From the NCBI GenBank assembly GCA_013239625.1, contig MU053136.1, positions 80,017 to 144,016 on the forward strand: a DNA stretch of 64,000 bases, given 5' to 3'. Made by a program: the position numbers and the translations under genes. Positions 1 through 26,960 of the stretch are shown here, one piece after another. How positions within the stretch are numbered: the first letter of the stretch is position 1; the number at the start of each line of letters is the position of its first letter. The stretch is from Lama guanicoe (Eukaryota). Under the pieces are notes generated by a model that was not told where the DNA came from, did not search any database, and saw nothing but the letters and a program-made list of their open reading frames with translations.

Positions 1-838
1 GTGGAGAGTTGATCCTTTAGGCTCTGACAATGCAAAAGGGTCCCCAGCGCTACTTGCTGGACCAACTGTTGAAATTTTAAATTTCTTGAAACAAAATCTG
101 TCTCACAGTTTACCTGTGGGAACAAGTTGATGTTGCTGTATAAGCTGTTCACTGACAGTTCCAAAAGTGCCTTAAACTAAGGTATTGACAGAAGAAGGAG
201 ACTTAACAAACCAGAAATAAGTGCCTCTAGGATTTTAAAGCTACAGTTCCTCTACTAGCTTGAGGCCAGAAACTGAATGAAGTGATTCCTTCTGTGCAAA
301 TGAGTTAACAATTTCCTGCACGTTCAGAGGATGGTTCACTGATGTCCCCAAAGGATGGCTACAAGTTCGCCACTTGCCTGTGGCCGCATGCCATAGCCAC
401 CTCATTCTCCAGGCTCCTCCAATGCTGGTTTTGTTACCAGCTTGTTTATCTCTTCTCTCGCCCTCAACTAATCCACATCTGATTCTTCATCAACAGGGGC
501 CCCTAAACCTCCTCTAAAACAGCTACTCGCTGTCCATCAACTATTAGTGTAATTCCTAGCTTTAAAATCTAACTGTTTCAGGAAAGAATCAGTGACAAAG
601 TATAAGGCCACACCGGACTCACATTTAGCAGTAATGTTCTAGGCTACCAGGCCTTTTCTCATCAACAGCCTGTGCGTTTCCACACTTAAATGAATCCATA
701 GCTAATACTCGGGGTCTCACAGGTTTAATTCTAACTTCCTTTTATGGTCCTCAAACACTCTTCTTTGCAAAGCACCTACCACAAAGCCTTCCACCCCAGG
801 GACAGCTATTCCTGGTATCTGCAATTCTGACAACTCAC

Positions 839-2078
839 CTCTACTAACACACTCGTGTTTCCTTCCTGCAGCAACCCAATCAGGCCTTCTTTAGTCTTCC
901 TCCCATGGAGCTTGGCAGCTTTACTCCAGCCCTCCTTCTGGGCCTGCTTGTGGAGCCAGCTCTCGGCCTATAAATTAAAAAGAAAAAAGGCAGACAACAA
1001 AGGCACAGAATTTAGAACTAAACAGGGCTCTAAAATATGCGCAGGTTCCCCAATTCTTTCTCCTTCTCCTCAACCCTACAACAGAAACTAAAATAATCTA
1101 TAATTTATTGGCTGGCCTACTACTAAACGCCAAATACAAGACATCGTGCCTGGTGCTTTGGATATGTTTAATCTTCACAACCACCCTCTGGGGCAGATAG
1201 CAGATACAAAAAAGAACAATGCAGCTCTGAAAGATAAAGGTGTCCAAGGTCACAGGATCCCTCTGAGGGCACCACGATCTGAGTCTTGGTGGGTCTGACT
1301 CCAAAGCTCCCACAAGCCCTTCCAGCTCCAAGCAGCAGGAAACAGCACAGTAGTCCTGCGTGGAATAGTTAGTTAACCCTGGGATCCTCAGTCAATTACT
1401 TCCAAATAGGTCAGAGTCAAAGGATGAGACTGTCACTGAAGTCAGAATAGGATTCTGTCGTTATGGGTCCCTGGTCAGCAGGTCTGACTTCTATGCGCCC
1501 CAGAGCGACCTCCCGCAGAGACAGGTCGTCGGGCCCTAGGACCCCGCCCCGCTCCCCTGCCCTTCCTTCCCCACACCTGCTTGAGATCCCCGCCACAAGT
1601 CTCCAGAGCTTTCTTGCAGTTTACAAAGGAGTAGCCAGTTTTCCGCCGCAGCTTCATGAGGAGCTCCTTGCTGGAGGCCGAGGACGACAGCCAGGGCCCA
1701 GCGTGAAACGTGTGCCATGGCTGCGGCGACTGAAGCAGAAGGGGCCCCGCCTGCAGGGGGTAAGAAGAGGGGTGAGAAGCAGGGGGCATCCAGGCGCTCC
1801 GGGGGAGGCGGGGCACGTCGGCCGGGGGGCGACCTTCGGAGAGACTGGGGCTCAGAGAGCGGGGGGAAGGCAGCGGGACCGCGAAGAGGCGCCGAGGGCG
1901 GGGAAAGGCGGGGAGAGGGTGGGATGGAGCACAACGGACGCGAGGGAAGGGAAGGGCGCGTGCCCGGCGCACGGGAGGCCCGCAACAAAGGCAGGACGGG
2001 GCCGGGGCCGAGAGCCCTCACCGGGCAGCTCCCGGTCCGTGCGGCCAGGCAGAGGCGCCACGACCGCAGAAGCGACAT
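839..2078 (-). CDS. TSFM: Mitochondrial elongation factor Ts, coding exons 1-3 (gene continues past the left edge)
   Basis: Exons 2022-2078 (57 nt, [19 protein letters not shown]), 1577-1750 (174 nt, ...[32 protein letters not shown]), 839-967 (129 nt, [35 protein letters not shown]...). All GT-AG, phase 0; EF-Ts UBA-like N-terminus. Confidence 0.97.
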
Positions 2079-2099
2079 CTCTCTGGTGGCGGTACACTG

Positions 2100-2240
2100 T
2101 CGCCGGCCGGCGCGCCGGTGAGGCCACGGGCCTACGGCGTGGCGGCGAGGCCAAACTTCCCCGCCGGACCGCGCCAAGCGGGGACGGCGCCACCTGCTGA
2201 CCGGAGGCGGGGCGCGTTTGCCTCCCCAACGTGGCTTATA
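2100..2240 (-). promoter_or_regulatory. TSFM CpG-island promoter with CTCF-like and GC-box motifs
   Basis: CpG-rich 1480-2240; GGTCAGCAGGTGGCGCC (minus, 2186-2202) and a GGGGCG GC box just upstream of the ATG. Confidence 0.6.
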
Positions 2241-2449
2241 AGGTAAAATAACAGAAACCATGAGACAGAGTTGTCGCCAAATAAGCATACAAAACACGTG
2301 GTAACACTTTATGTTTATTTCTAATGCGCTTTCGTATTCATTATCCATTTATGACTCACGAAAAACTTGTGAGGTAGGAGGGTGGGTTCAGAAGTTTGGC
2401 CAAGCCCACCTAGGAAGGTTGGGGGGAGTCCCTCCAACAAACCAAGCAA

Positions 2450-3200
2450 ATATTTGTTGAATGAACAGAAATCTTTGTTGAACACCAATTGTGTGCCAGG
2501 AACTGTGCTAGGCTTCAGAGAATGACAGAGAAGTAAACCGTAGCCCTATCCTCCAAGGTCATCTAATGGTGAGAAAATAGGGAGCAGGCACATGATCACA
2601 CAAGGCAAGTCCCACAAGATGAACAGTTAAAGGATCTCAAGGGAGAAAGAAATCATATTCAAACAGGAGGCTCAGGAAAGGCTTTTTTCAGGAAAGAGAC
2701 TAAGACTAATAAAGATTTTGATAGGTAGGAATTGCACTTTCAGGCAGGGAATCACCAAAAAGAATGAAGGAAGAAGTCAGGGAATTTTGGTCTGGATTTA
2801 GGGAACAAAGAGTAGACCTTTTGTAATTTGGCCAGAGGTTGCAATACATGTAGGAAACCAGTAGGAAATGAAGTCGAAGGGTAATTTGGGATCACATGGG
2901 ATAGACTGAGTACTAAGCAGGAGAGCTTATTCTTGCTTCTCTTGGCAGCAGCAGAAACTAATCAGAGCTGATTTTGGAAGATCGCAAGAATTTATAAAAT
3001 GGTTTGAAGGGTAATGAATGGAGGCCAGGAGGCCAGAGGAGGTGATGTGTGGCCCAGGAGTAGGTAAAGAGAGCCCTATCGAGAGGTCCCACAGTGGGAG
3101 GAGAAAAGAGGTGAAGGCAAAACACATTAGGAAGGGAGGACTGGTGGGGCTTGGAAATTTAAAGAAAAATCAGAGGAGAACCTGGTACTTAGTGATCAGG
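2450..3200 (-). mobile_element. LINE-2 (L2) fragment, degenerate
   Basis: L2 3'-end-like text 'tttgttgaacaccaattgtgtgccaggaactgtgctagg' followed by a purine-rich L2-like body; boundaries approximate. Confidence 0.6.
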
Positions 3201-3831
3201 GCTTCAACTCCAAAAAAAGATGATGGAGCTACTGTTCAAAGGACAGCTCTGCTGTCTATCCCCAACTTCAGGGCTGGGAGGACTTGACCCAGTTAGAGCC
3301 ATGGTCCCAGCAGAGTCTATCTCTAGGAGCAAGAGGTTGGTGGCTTGAGGTTTCTTGCTTCAGCCACCCAGTAAAAGCCTGAGTTCTTTGGATGCAGAAG
3401 GGATCTTTAATGCTCATTTCTTTCCCTTTAAAGAAAAAAAAAAGTCCAGTACAATCTGGGGGGAAAAATCCATTCTGTATAAAAAGACAATAGCAGAACT
3501 AGAAGGGACTGTGACCATCTTTCTGCAGCCACTGCTCTCACATCCCATTTACCTTCCCCCCTTAAAATCTTGGCTATCATCTCACCTTCCTCCGCTGAGA
3601 ACAGGAACTGGGAACTTCCTCTGCACTCTAAGCCAGTACAGCTAGGGCTCTAGTATTCCTAGCAAGCAGCTCCCCTCTGCACCTGCCCAAGAGTATCTTG
3701 AGAAACAAAGAGGGCAGGAGAAAAGACTGAGGCAAGGGAAATCCATCCTTTTTGATCCTTATGTTTATGGCTTTGGAGATATGGCAGTTCCTTCATTAGA
3801 AGAAGGGGTTCAGAGGAACGGAAGGGTGACG

Positions 3832-13645
<9,814 letters not shown>

Positions 13646-15101
13646 CTTTGCCTTAGCTGGACCCCATCTTCCAAGGACTGGAAAGAAGATCGGGTCCCAG
13701 GACCTTCCCAGCTGAACCTGCTAGGGCTGGGAGGCAACGAACCTCTCAGAAATTGAGGAACTACCCAGGGCAGAACGACTGTCCCTGAGTCCTCTCACCT
13801 TCTTGCCCTTCTAGTGCCAGCAGAAAGTCAAAAGACCTTGGACCAGAAGGGATCTTTGGAAGAGTGTGGGGTTTTACGCCCCTTAGCACTCCCTTCTCCT
13901 TCTGGGATCTCTCGTCAGCTGGAGTGAGGAATGCAGTTCTCCACTGTCCATCTAAACTGCCTGCTAGACTTGAGTCACCTGCCCACTTGTGTTTACTTTG
14001 CAGTTCTGGGGTAACATGTCTACGTGTGCACATGCCCATGCTGCTGTTTTGCAGGAAAGGCCAGAATGTGCGTCACTTCTGTCCTCCCCCTGGCTAAGAT
14101 TTGACCTGGGGAATCTGTAGTGTCTTTATTGTAGTTGTCTCTGGAGAGTCCCTGGGGGGTGTGGTGGTGGAGACCCTCTCCTTTTTCATGTTGACCTTTG
14201 ATTCCAGAACTCCAGAGCTGACTGGCTGGCACAGAGCCTGACCTGGGGGTGGGGGTCGGGGGTGAGGATCAGAGAGCTGAACTGGGGAGGATTCTGAGGC
14301 TAACAGTAGAAAGGGGCTGCTGGCTAGAAAGCCCCCAAAAGGGGACTGAGTCAGCTGGAGATTCAGAGCACTCACTTATCCCTTGCTTTGTCCAGGAGCC
14401 CAGATTAGTCTCTGAACTTTTCTAATCTGCAAGAAGTTCCTTTATCTTTCTCAAGTTCCAAATTCTCATGGCCAGGACTTGTGGACCTAAAAGGAATGAA
14501 GATGAAGGCTCCCAGAGCCATTGTAACCCATTAATCCGCCTGCCGTCTGCCCAGTGTCAGGTGCAGAGGGGGAGACGTGGTAGTGCAGGAGAATTCTGCT
14601 CACACACAGAAAAGGTGCGGCCAGACGAGCCAGGAGTCAGAGGACAGCTATAGCTTCCTTCCCTGCCTCCCTCCCTGAGGAGCTGGCGGATGGGGAATTC
14701 CTGAGGATGGGCCCCAGGGGGCTGAGCTCCTGGGGAAGCGGTGGGAATGCCAGGGACCCACTCTGTATCTTGGTCACCTAAGCCTCACCAAATAGCCTTT
14801 CCCAGGAAGAGATCTTTAGGCTGCTGGACTAGGGCACCAGCCCAGAAGGGGAAACTGAGGCAAGCCTCCCCTCCCAAGGGGGTCGTTGCAACATGACACC
14901 CAAGGGAGCCGCATTGGCAGCTCTGGCTCCGCCTACTGTTCCTGGGTGCTAATCCCCAGCACGGACCACTAAGGAGAGGGGATTGGCTGAGCAGCTTGAA
15001 AAGGGGGCGTCGCCACTATGCCCAAGGGTTAAAATAGGGGCTCAGTCAAGCAGGCAAGATGCTCCGGAGAAGCGCGCTTTCGCGGTTTCCCGAGGGAGAC
15101 C

Positions 15102-19067
<3,966 letters not shown>

Positions 19068-21554
19068 TCTTGTGGAAGGAGGCTGTCATTATCACTGTTT
19101 CTTTCATCATAGGGGTTTATTAGGCACAAGACCAAAAGATGTGTATTACCCCTGAGGCCTGTCTGTCTGACCCAACTGGTTAGAATGACCATAGCAAAGT
19201 GCTAAGAAGCAGCCTGACCAAGGCGTCAAGCACGCACTGGGCCTGAACCAGCAGGCCCAGAGAAAACCATGGTCCATTTGCCTGCTTAGCCCTTCTGGTC
19301 ATATCATGGGTTTCCTCCAAGGGCCAGCTCAGATTTTAACTAATAATGCTGGGTGGCCTGAGGAAGAATTCAGCCACTGCCCCTTCAGGAATTCGGTGTT
19401 CAACTGCTGCTGCTGGCTAAGCCCTGGTCATGGCATGAGCTAAGTAACTGCATTGGGTCTGCAGCTAGTTGATCCTCACTTCTGGCATGTGAGCTCTTTG
19501 AGAGGAAGGATGAAGACTTATTATGTCTTATATCCGCTGCCAGCACCTCTCCCTGACTGGGTGACACCATACAAGTTCTCAGATTGTATGTGGACCATGT
19601 GGCAGAAGGGATAAGCAGCTTAACCAGGCTCTGTCTTCCCCACTCCCTTCCCATCTTGCCCCTAGGAAGGTGAGTCTACCCCTGCCTGCTTTATGATTTC
19701 TTAAAAACTCTCCTTGGCTCTCTGGTCACTATGAGGTTGGCTTGCCCCACTTGAGTCCTAAGCAGAGACATCTTTGGATCTGTCCCTGCCCAAGCCTTCT
19801 TTTTATGTATTGAAGTTTTAAAACATTCAATTTTTACATTAAAAATAGTTTGAATGTTCCATCCTTGACTTCTGACTTACTTCTTTCCCACTCTCACTCT
19901 CACTTCCTATAAGACCTGGAGGCAAGACCCTCATCCAAATCCTCCACCTTGGTTTCTCAGGTCCTGACAGTGACCTCCATAATGATGAGAGGTCTACACT
20001 CATGGAAGAATGGTTTGCATCACAAACCCAGACACGCTTCTGTCTGTAGTGGGAACAGCCAAGTCTGGCTCCCTGTAAGAGACTAAGGGGGTGGTGGTGA
20101 AAAGTAACTGCCAGGACTAGGCTGTAAAAACGGTGGGGGAGCTAGGTTTTGCAGAGCTGGCCAGAGGTGGCTGAGCCTTCAATAGGAGAGTGCTTTTAGA
20201 ACCTGGACTGCCAGGACTGAAGGATGCCACTCTGCCCTCTCTGCAAAAGTTGTTTCAACTAATTTCCTTCAGAGGAAGGCAGGGATACAGGCAGAGAGGT
20301 GGAATCAGACAGACATGATGAAAGCTAAGTGTGGGGGTGGCCAGAAGCCCTGGAACACCAAGGCAGAAGAGAGGTGGGCAGCGGGAGCCTGTTTCCCTGA
20401 GTCAGCACTCTCTGGCCCCCCAGAGGCTGGGCTCAGTTCTCCCCGTGTGATGTATATAGATTAACTCATCTTCCATACCAATAAATCTCTCAGCACACTC
20501 CCTGCAGCTCCCTTGTAGCCTAGATTACCCTCCCCATGTCAGGACTTGCCCCCTTCTGTCTGCTTCCCTCCATTCCAATTAGTGGGTAGAGATGGGGATT
20601 TCACTTCACACTTCCTCCTCCTCCCGCCACCTCAGCCCCTGCCCTAGACATGGCTCCCTGACCACAGAAACTCCATTAGCCACTAGCCTTCTGGGGTATC
20701 TATTTATGCAGGGACCAAGGTTTGCATGCTTTTATTGCCCCTACTCTCAACTCCTTCTCTGCTAGATTCTCAGTCTCCACCCCACTCCCCTATCACTAAA
20801 CTCACCTTGAACCTAAGTGACCTGATTTTTTAGCAGTTCTGAGCTTTGAGAGAGAGTAAAGCCCAGCTTCCTCTCAGACCCTTTCCCCGGGAATCAGTGG
20901 TGAGAATTTTGCTTACCCGCATTCCTCACTGGGCAAGTAGGACTGCTCACTGGAGGAGGGCTGCAGTTCCTGTGACCCCCTTTCCTGGACAAGAATCCCT
21001 TAAAGGTGGAAAAGGGGAAGGAGAGAGGACCTTGGCTGTCACAACCTCCATACCAAGACCTCCAATGGCTCTGAAGGGGAGGGAGGCTGTACTGTCTCAC
21101 TTGGCCTGGTTCTAGGACACAGAGTAGAAATGAAGATCATGTGTTTGTGTGCAAGTGTGCCTAGGACCTTGAGTATGTCTAAGCCTCTATGTGGGGCCAT
21201 CATGGGGGACAGCCCAGACTTGGCACAGGAAACCCTGCCTGTGTCATATCTATCTAAATCCTATCTGCCAGGATAGGTATTACTAGTCACTTGGATTTGC
21301 TCTCTCCCTTCTGGTCCCCATCAGCTATTCTGTGAATTGCAAATCAGTGAAGTCTGGCCTTTCTGTCTCTCCATGTGGGGATGGGGAAGGTTATCTCTCT
21401 GGGGAACCAGTTTTCCATGGAAAAGTAGGGGGCTCAGCCTCATGCTCTCTCCACTTTGATCCCCTTTGAGGTTGAAACTGATGCACTTTAACACTTAGTG
21501 GTAACTCAAACCCAAGTACAGATTTGGTTCCTATATTCCCAGGCGAGTCTGGGT

Positions 21555-21575
21555 GCCAGCACCATGGACAGCGGC
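21555..21575 (+). promoter_or_regulatory. RE1/NRSE (REST binding site)
   Basis: GCCAGCACCATGGACAGCGGC versus consensus TTCAGCACCAYGGACAGCGCC; both half-sites and the 2-nt spacer are intact. Confidence 0.75.
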
Positions 21576-23222
21576 TGAGACCCTCTTTTGGCCAGGGGCA
21601 GAGGAAGACCATTTCCTGGGCAAGGATGTGTGACTGTTAATAGAGAAGCATTGTCCTCAAAATATCCCCAGGGAGGAGGAAGAGCAGACCCTTCCCTAAG
21701 AGAAGGACAATAATAGGAAAGGCCTCTGGATCTGATTTTAGCAATGTTATGAAGTAATAATTTTAATTACTAATGAATAGTTCACGTAAAAGACGCCATC
21801 ATTCATATAATACATAGCCCCAAGGCCTCAGGAGAAAGGCACCAGGTTTTAGGCTGACATTTTAACCAGTCCTTCTCAAACCTTTTCTCTATAAACAACA
21901 GCTCTAAATGCTGTTGCCTCCAAGGACAATATTTTCCAGTTAATATCCCTAGCTTGGTCACACCAGGATCAGACCTGTGACCCTGAAATGCCATAGGAGT
22001 AGCTTAAACTGGAGTTGGAGTCTCATAACCCTGGGAGATTCTGTCTGTCTCATTCTAAATAAGTCCAAATTCACTTCATATCACTACTCCAGAACACGTT
22101 ACCTAGTAGGGATTAAGAGAATCCACAAGATCCCCAGAGCAAGAAAGGTAGCTCCAGCTTTCCCCAGCCCCCAAAGTTTAGGGGGCTGGAGGAGCTCTCA
22201 TTCTTGCAAATAACCACTCTCCTTCACATTTGCAATGTCTATTTCCCTTCATATTTTCCATATCTATTATGACACTCAACACAAATTTCCAAGACTCTGT
22301 GCAACTCCAAATGAAAAACACATTTTGGAATTTGTTAACCAGCTATTTGAAATAAATGGACCATCAACTAGTATAGAAATCTTTTTTATGCCATCACTGG
22401 TTTTCTTTGCAATGGCATTCAACCTGTCCCTCATTTATCCTCAATCCAACCCTATGAGGTAGACAGGAAAACCACGGTGGAGAGATTTGTTTCTAAATCA
22501 CACAACACGCAGGTGTCAGGTCCACCCCTCAGATATCTCTGAGCACTGCCACCTAGCAGCCAATGTGAATTATTCACCACCAAGTGTGAGTTACACCTCC
22601 AACTCAGAACCCACTGCTGCATTTGGGATTTGCAAACTCTGCAGAGAAACCTCCCCACACCTCCCAACCCTACAGCAAAGCCCCAGATGAGAAAGGAGTC
22701 TCCATGTGCATATAAATGATTCTTTATGCCCTCCCCCAATGCAATGGGGGGCGGAGCAGGGGGAAGTACCCCCGCCCTCATGCAGGGAACGGGAGGTCAA
22801 TGTATATTAGTCTTATTGCCAGCTGCCCTGTGGCCATAGAGTGGGGGATGGGGGGTCTACAGCCCCTTTCTTCTGGCATTGGTCCCCCTTCACCAAGTCA
22901 CCGTGGTGGAGCTGGGGGCCTGGAGGCCCTAGGAGCTGAGGTAAGGACGGTTCTCACGGGAAGAAAAGATGCTCTCCCCACAGCCCACTGGCTGCCCCAG
23001 GATGCGTGTGAGGAGCTGTCAGTGGGGGCTGGAATTTCATCCAGGTGTCTCTACCCAGTGGGCAGTAGAGGCCAATGTCTCCAGCTTGAGGCTGCCCACA
23101 GAGATCCTCAGCAGTGAGGGCTGTGAGCCCAAAACACCTTGTCCAGGTGGTACCTCCAGCAGCCATGACAGCGTATCCCTGGCCGATGCACTGACTCAAG
23201 ATCCCTGCTCCTGGAGTTCACT

Positions 23223-26200
23223 TCAGACCGTAGTGACCCTCATGACAACCTCGCGGCCAGAATGGGAACTGGAACGGGCATCTGGTGGCCGCAGCTGTCC
23301 AAGGAGATGCAGGATTGTGTAACCACAGCGCTGAGGCAAGAGCGTCCGCATGCGCTGGGCAGCCGGGGGGCGGCTGGTGGCCCCAGAGGGGGGGCCCGTC
23401 CGTGAGGTCCTGGGGCCCGGCTTCCCTGCCGTCCCTCCCCCTGCATCTCCTCCTATGTCCTTGGTTTTGTCATAATTCAGGACCTTCCACTGCTGGTTCA
23501 CTGCCTGCCAACGCTTGAAGATACGGTAGACAGAGGAGCCTTCGTGGACGATCAGGCCTGAGCAGAGGAATAAGAAATTCAGGGTCAACTGCTGCCCAGA
23601 CCTAGGCCAGAGGTACTTTCAAGAAAGCATTTCTCCAGGGCGAGGGGAGAGGGTTGCAAAGGGCCTAAAGAAGCAGGGAAAGGAGGGGCACCAAGATAGC
23701 CCTAAAGGCTCTCAGTGGGAGAACGTGTGGCCATGAAACTGAAGGAATGGGTAGGGAAAGTTAGGTGTGTGAGTTGGAGGAAGATGCTGAGCAGGTAAGG
23801 GGGAGAGAGATACCCTCACCTATGCAGACGACATCCATGAAGCCGTACATGCCGTAGCAGATCTGAAAGAGCAGATCTTGCCGTTGCCACTTGGCTGAAG
23901 GGCTGAGTGAAGACCAGATGAGCCAGGAGATGCTGGCAACGAGGAACAGAGAGCCCAGGACTATGGCTGCAATCTGGACCTTCTCAATGACCGTCAGAGA
24001 GATGGCCTGCCACTGTGTGGGAGACAAGGTTCCAGAAAGTCACAGAAAGAGATGGAGGGCCAGGTTATGGGTGACCTTGAATAGGAGGATGCTCCAGGAG
24101 CCTTCCTGAAACCCTTCAGGCAGGATTGACAATCTGTCTTCACTGTGCCTTGATCAAACTTAGAATGTGGCACTTCTCACACTGTTTGAGATCACTTTCT
24201 GTCTTATTTTAGGAAGGCAGGATCAGGCAAGTGCTCTGAAGCCACCATCTAGCTTGGGATTCCAAATCCTTACTTTTTCACTTACTAACTTTGGGCAAGT
24301 TTTTGAATCTCTTTGTGTATCAATGTCCTTATCTTTAAAATGGGGATAATAATGGTACATAACTGTTAAGATTGTTATGGAGATTACAAGAGCTAATACA
24401 CACCAAGAGCCTGACACATAGAAAACTCTACATGTTTGTTATACACAGTAGCAGCGGCACTACCACTTTTGCTCTTTTGTTGTCCTAGTGCCTGGAACAC
24501 AGGTGGCACCCAATGAATGTCTTTGTGAACAAATAAAGGAAGGGAGGATTTACAGACAGACAGGAGATTATGGTAATGGTAGGGAGAGTGACTTTGAAGC
24601 AAGAGTAAATACATGAAATAGGCTCCCTGGAGGGTCCCTGATTCTGATTGCTGAAGGGTCTTGCCCCAGTCTCAGAGTTCTCCCACTGCACCTCACCTGC
24701 AGGGGGTTCTTGGTGCTGATCGCCAGGACCTGGTACTTGAAGTAGCAGAGCTCACAGCTCCAGGAGCCTCTCTCGCTGATCCAGCGGATGAGGCAGGGCT
24801 GGTGTGTGCACCGCACTGAGCCGTCACAGCGGCAGGGGCTCAGGAGCTCCCCCTGGAGAAAGAGTGAGGAGAGTCCCTGTCAGCTGTCGCCACCCGAACC
24901 CACTCCTCTCGATTCTGGGGAGAGGGAAACTTCCTCTCTAGGTCAGCCTCCTACCTTAAAAACAAAAACAAAAACAAAACAAAACCTGGGGCCTTTCAAC
25001 CAAGACAGGGCAAGAGTCTAAGGCTGTTACAGCCTAAAAGAAAAAATTCAGAGCTCAACGTAAACTTCCTTGACCAAATAGAAGAAAGATGTAAAGGGAC
25101 AGGGGGTGGGGGGTTGCTGGGGAGTACTGGGTCTTCTCTGTTCCTAGAATTTGGGGGAGGCTCCTCTTTAAGACCTCCCAAACAGAAGGCTACCCCTTAG
25201 GATCTGGAGAGACAGATGGGGAGGGTCAGAGCTTCTGAGCCATGCCTTCCCAACCCACTCCATCACTGTAAAGTATTTCACAGACGTGGTGCAGACTGGT
25301 TCCCAAAAGGTGGGAAAATCCTATGGTTGGGAGTGGAGGGTGTTCCCCTTTAATCAAAGAGTAATTTCTCACGACACAGAAACATCCCCCTGGCACTATC
25401 TCGGGACAACTTTGTCCATAACATTTAAACAAAGAATACTCTTTGGAATGAGAAAGAAAGTTGTGGAATGCGAAGTGAAGAAAAGTGCCCCACGGAGAGG
25501 AATACTGAGTAAGGCGAGAGCGGCGGCTGGGCCCCTCCCTTCAAGGTGGGAACAGAAGCATTCTCTTCTCTGCCCATCTCCTAGAGAATAGGCCCTCTCA
25601 GGTTACAGAGACCCTGGGGTGAGAGAAGCGGGGAGAAAGACTGTCCCGGTTAAGGGGTGAGAGGGATTTTGAGCCCTCCCAGGAGAAAGCCGCACCCCTT
25701 CCTGGGGACCCCGATCCCCCTCCAGCCCAAACCTACCCGCCGGGAGTCTCCAGACAAGCCCCCCAACCTCACCCTATTTCCACCCCGGGTCCTGGGTCCC
25801 GCCCAGCCTTCTCAGGCCCCGCCCCCTGTTCCTGGTCTCCCCTGGGGCCCCAGGTGCGCGCCCCCACCCCTCCCCGCCCCGCCGGGTGCCCAGGCCTGAC
25901 CTGCTCCGGTCCCTGGAAGCAGATTCTGCACTGGGGAGTTCGGAGCCCGCTGTCCAGGGAGCTGCTGAGCGACAGGGCGTCCAGGGCGCCCGGGGGCGGC
26001 AGCGGCGGCGCGGGCGGCGGCGGGGGTCCGGCCCGCGGCTCCTCCCCGCCGGCCAGGCCCCGGACCCGCGGCTCCGACCCGTAGTACTCCTCTTCGTCGC
26101 CGTCGCCGTCCCGGGTCGAGCAGCCGGCGAAGGGCGCCCAGCCGCAGCCGCCTCCCCCGCCCCCCCGGGGCTGCGGCTCGGCCCGGGGCCGCCCCCCGCC

Positions 26201-26257
26201 CGTCAGCACCAGCAGCTTCAGCTCGTTCAGGAACATGCGGAGCCGAGACTTGAGCAT
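23223..26257 (-). CDS. MARCHF9: Membrane-associated RING-CH E3 ligase 9, 4 exons, 346 aa
   Basis: Exons 25901-26257, 24697-24852, 23820-24012, 23223-23557 (1041 nt). [30 protein letters not shown], two TM segments, C-terminal VTTV. Confidence 0.97.
24240..24430 (+). mobile_element. MIR SINE
   Basis: 'ttccaaatcct..cacttactaactttgggcaagt..atctttaaaatggggataataat' MIR core. Confidence 0.7.
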
Positions 26258-26960
26258 CGTCCGGGCGCCGGGGGGCAGGGGGCGGCGTGCAAGGGGAGCT
26301 CTCGGGAGGCGGGGGGAAGGGAGAGGACAAGGCCGGGAAGGGGTCGCGCGCTGGAGAGCCAAGCCCAGACGGGGTCTTCGGGGCCTGCAAGAGCCGTTCA
26401 CTGCTGCCACCGCCGGAGCTCCGGGGCTTGCGGGGCCGAGAGGGCTGGCGGCCCGGGGGCGGCGGGGCGGGCAGCCATGGTCGGGGCAGGGGGCGGGGAT
26501 GGGGGCTTAGGGTGCCGCGCCCCGCGGGTCCGGGTCCGGAGCGGGCCGGGCCCCCGGGGTTACGCGCCCCGGTCCTCCTGCGGCGGGGCCGCCCCCCATC
26601 GTCGTCCTCCTGGCCCCAGTCCCGCTCCGGCTCCCGGCTCCGGCTCGGCTCGGCCCGTGCGCTCGGAGGTGGCAAGCGGCGGCTCCTTCCGGCGGCGGCG
26701 GCGGCGGCGGAGACCCCCCCCGGAGCGGCGGGCGGGCGGGGCGGGAGCCAAAAAAGGCGGGCGGGGCGGGAGCCGGGGAGCCGGGGAGGGATGGAGGGAG
26801 GGGCGGGGCGGGGAGGGGGAAAGGAGGAGAAGTGGCCGCGGCTGCGCATCCCCGCCCTGCCCCGCACGAGCAGGTGTCCCCAGAGGCGGGGGCGCGTGTG
26901 CCAGCCCGGGGGACGGTAGAGGGAGGGGAGTGGCCAAGGAAGGGGAGTGTGCACACGGGT
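25600..26960 (-). promoter_or_regulatory. MARCHF9 CpG island / promoter
   Basis: Very GC- and CpG-rich; (GGC)n run at about 26690-26710; multiple GC boxes. Confidence 0.75.

Noticed and set aside
1463..2348. Overlapping 125-270 aa ORFs at the TSFM 5' end
   Set aside because: Stop-poor CpG island; only the mapped exon segments resemble a protein.
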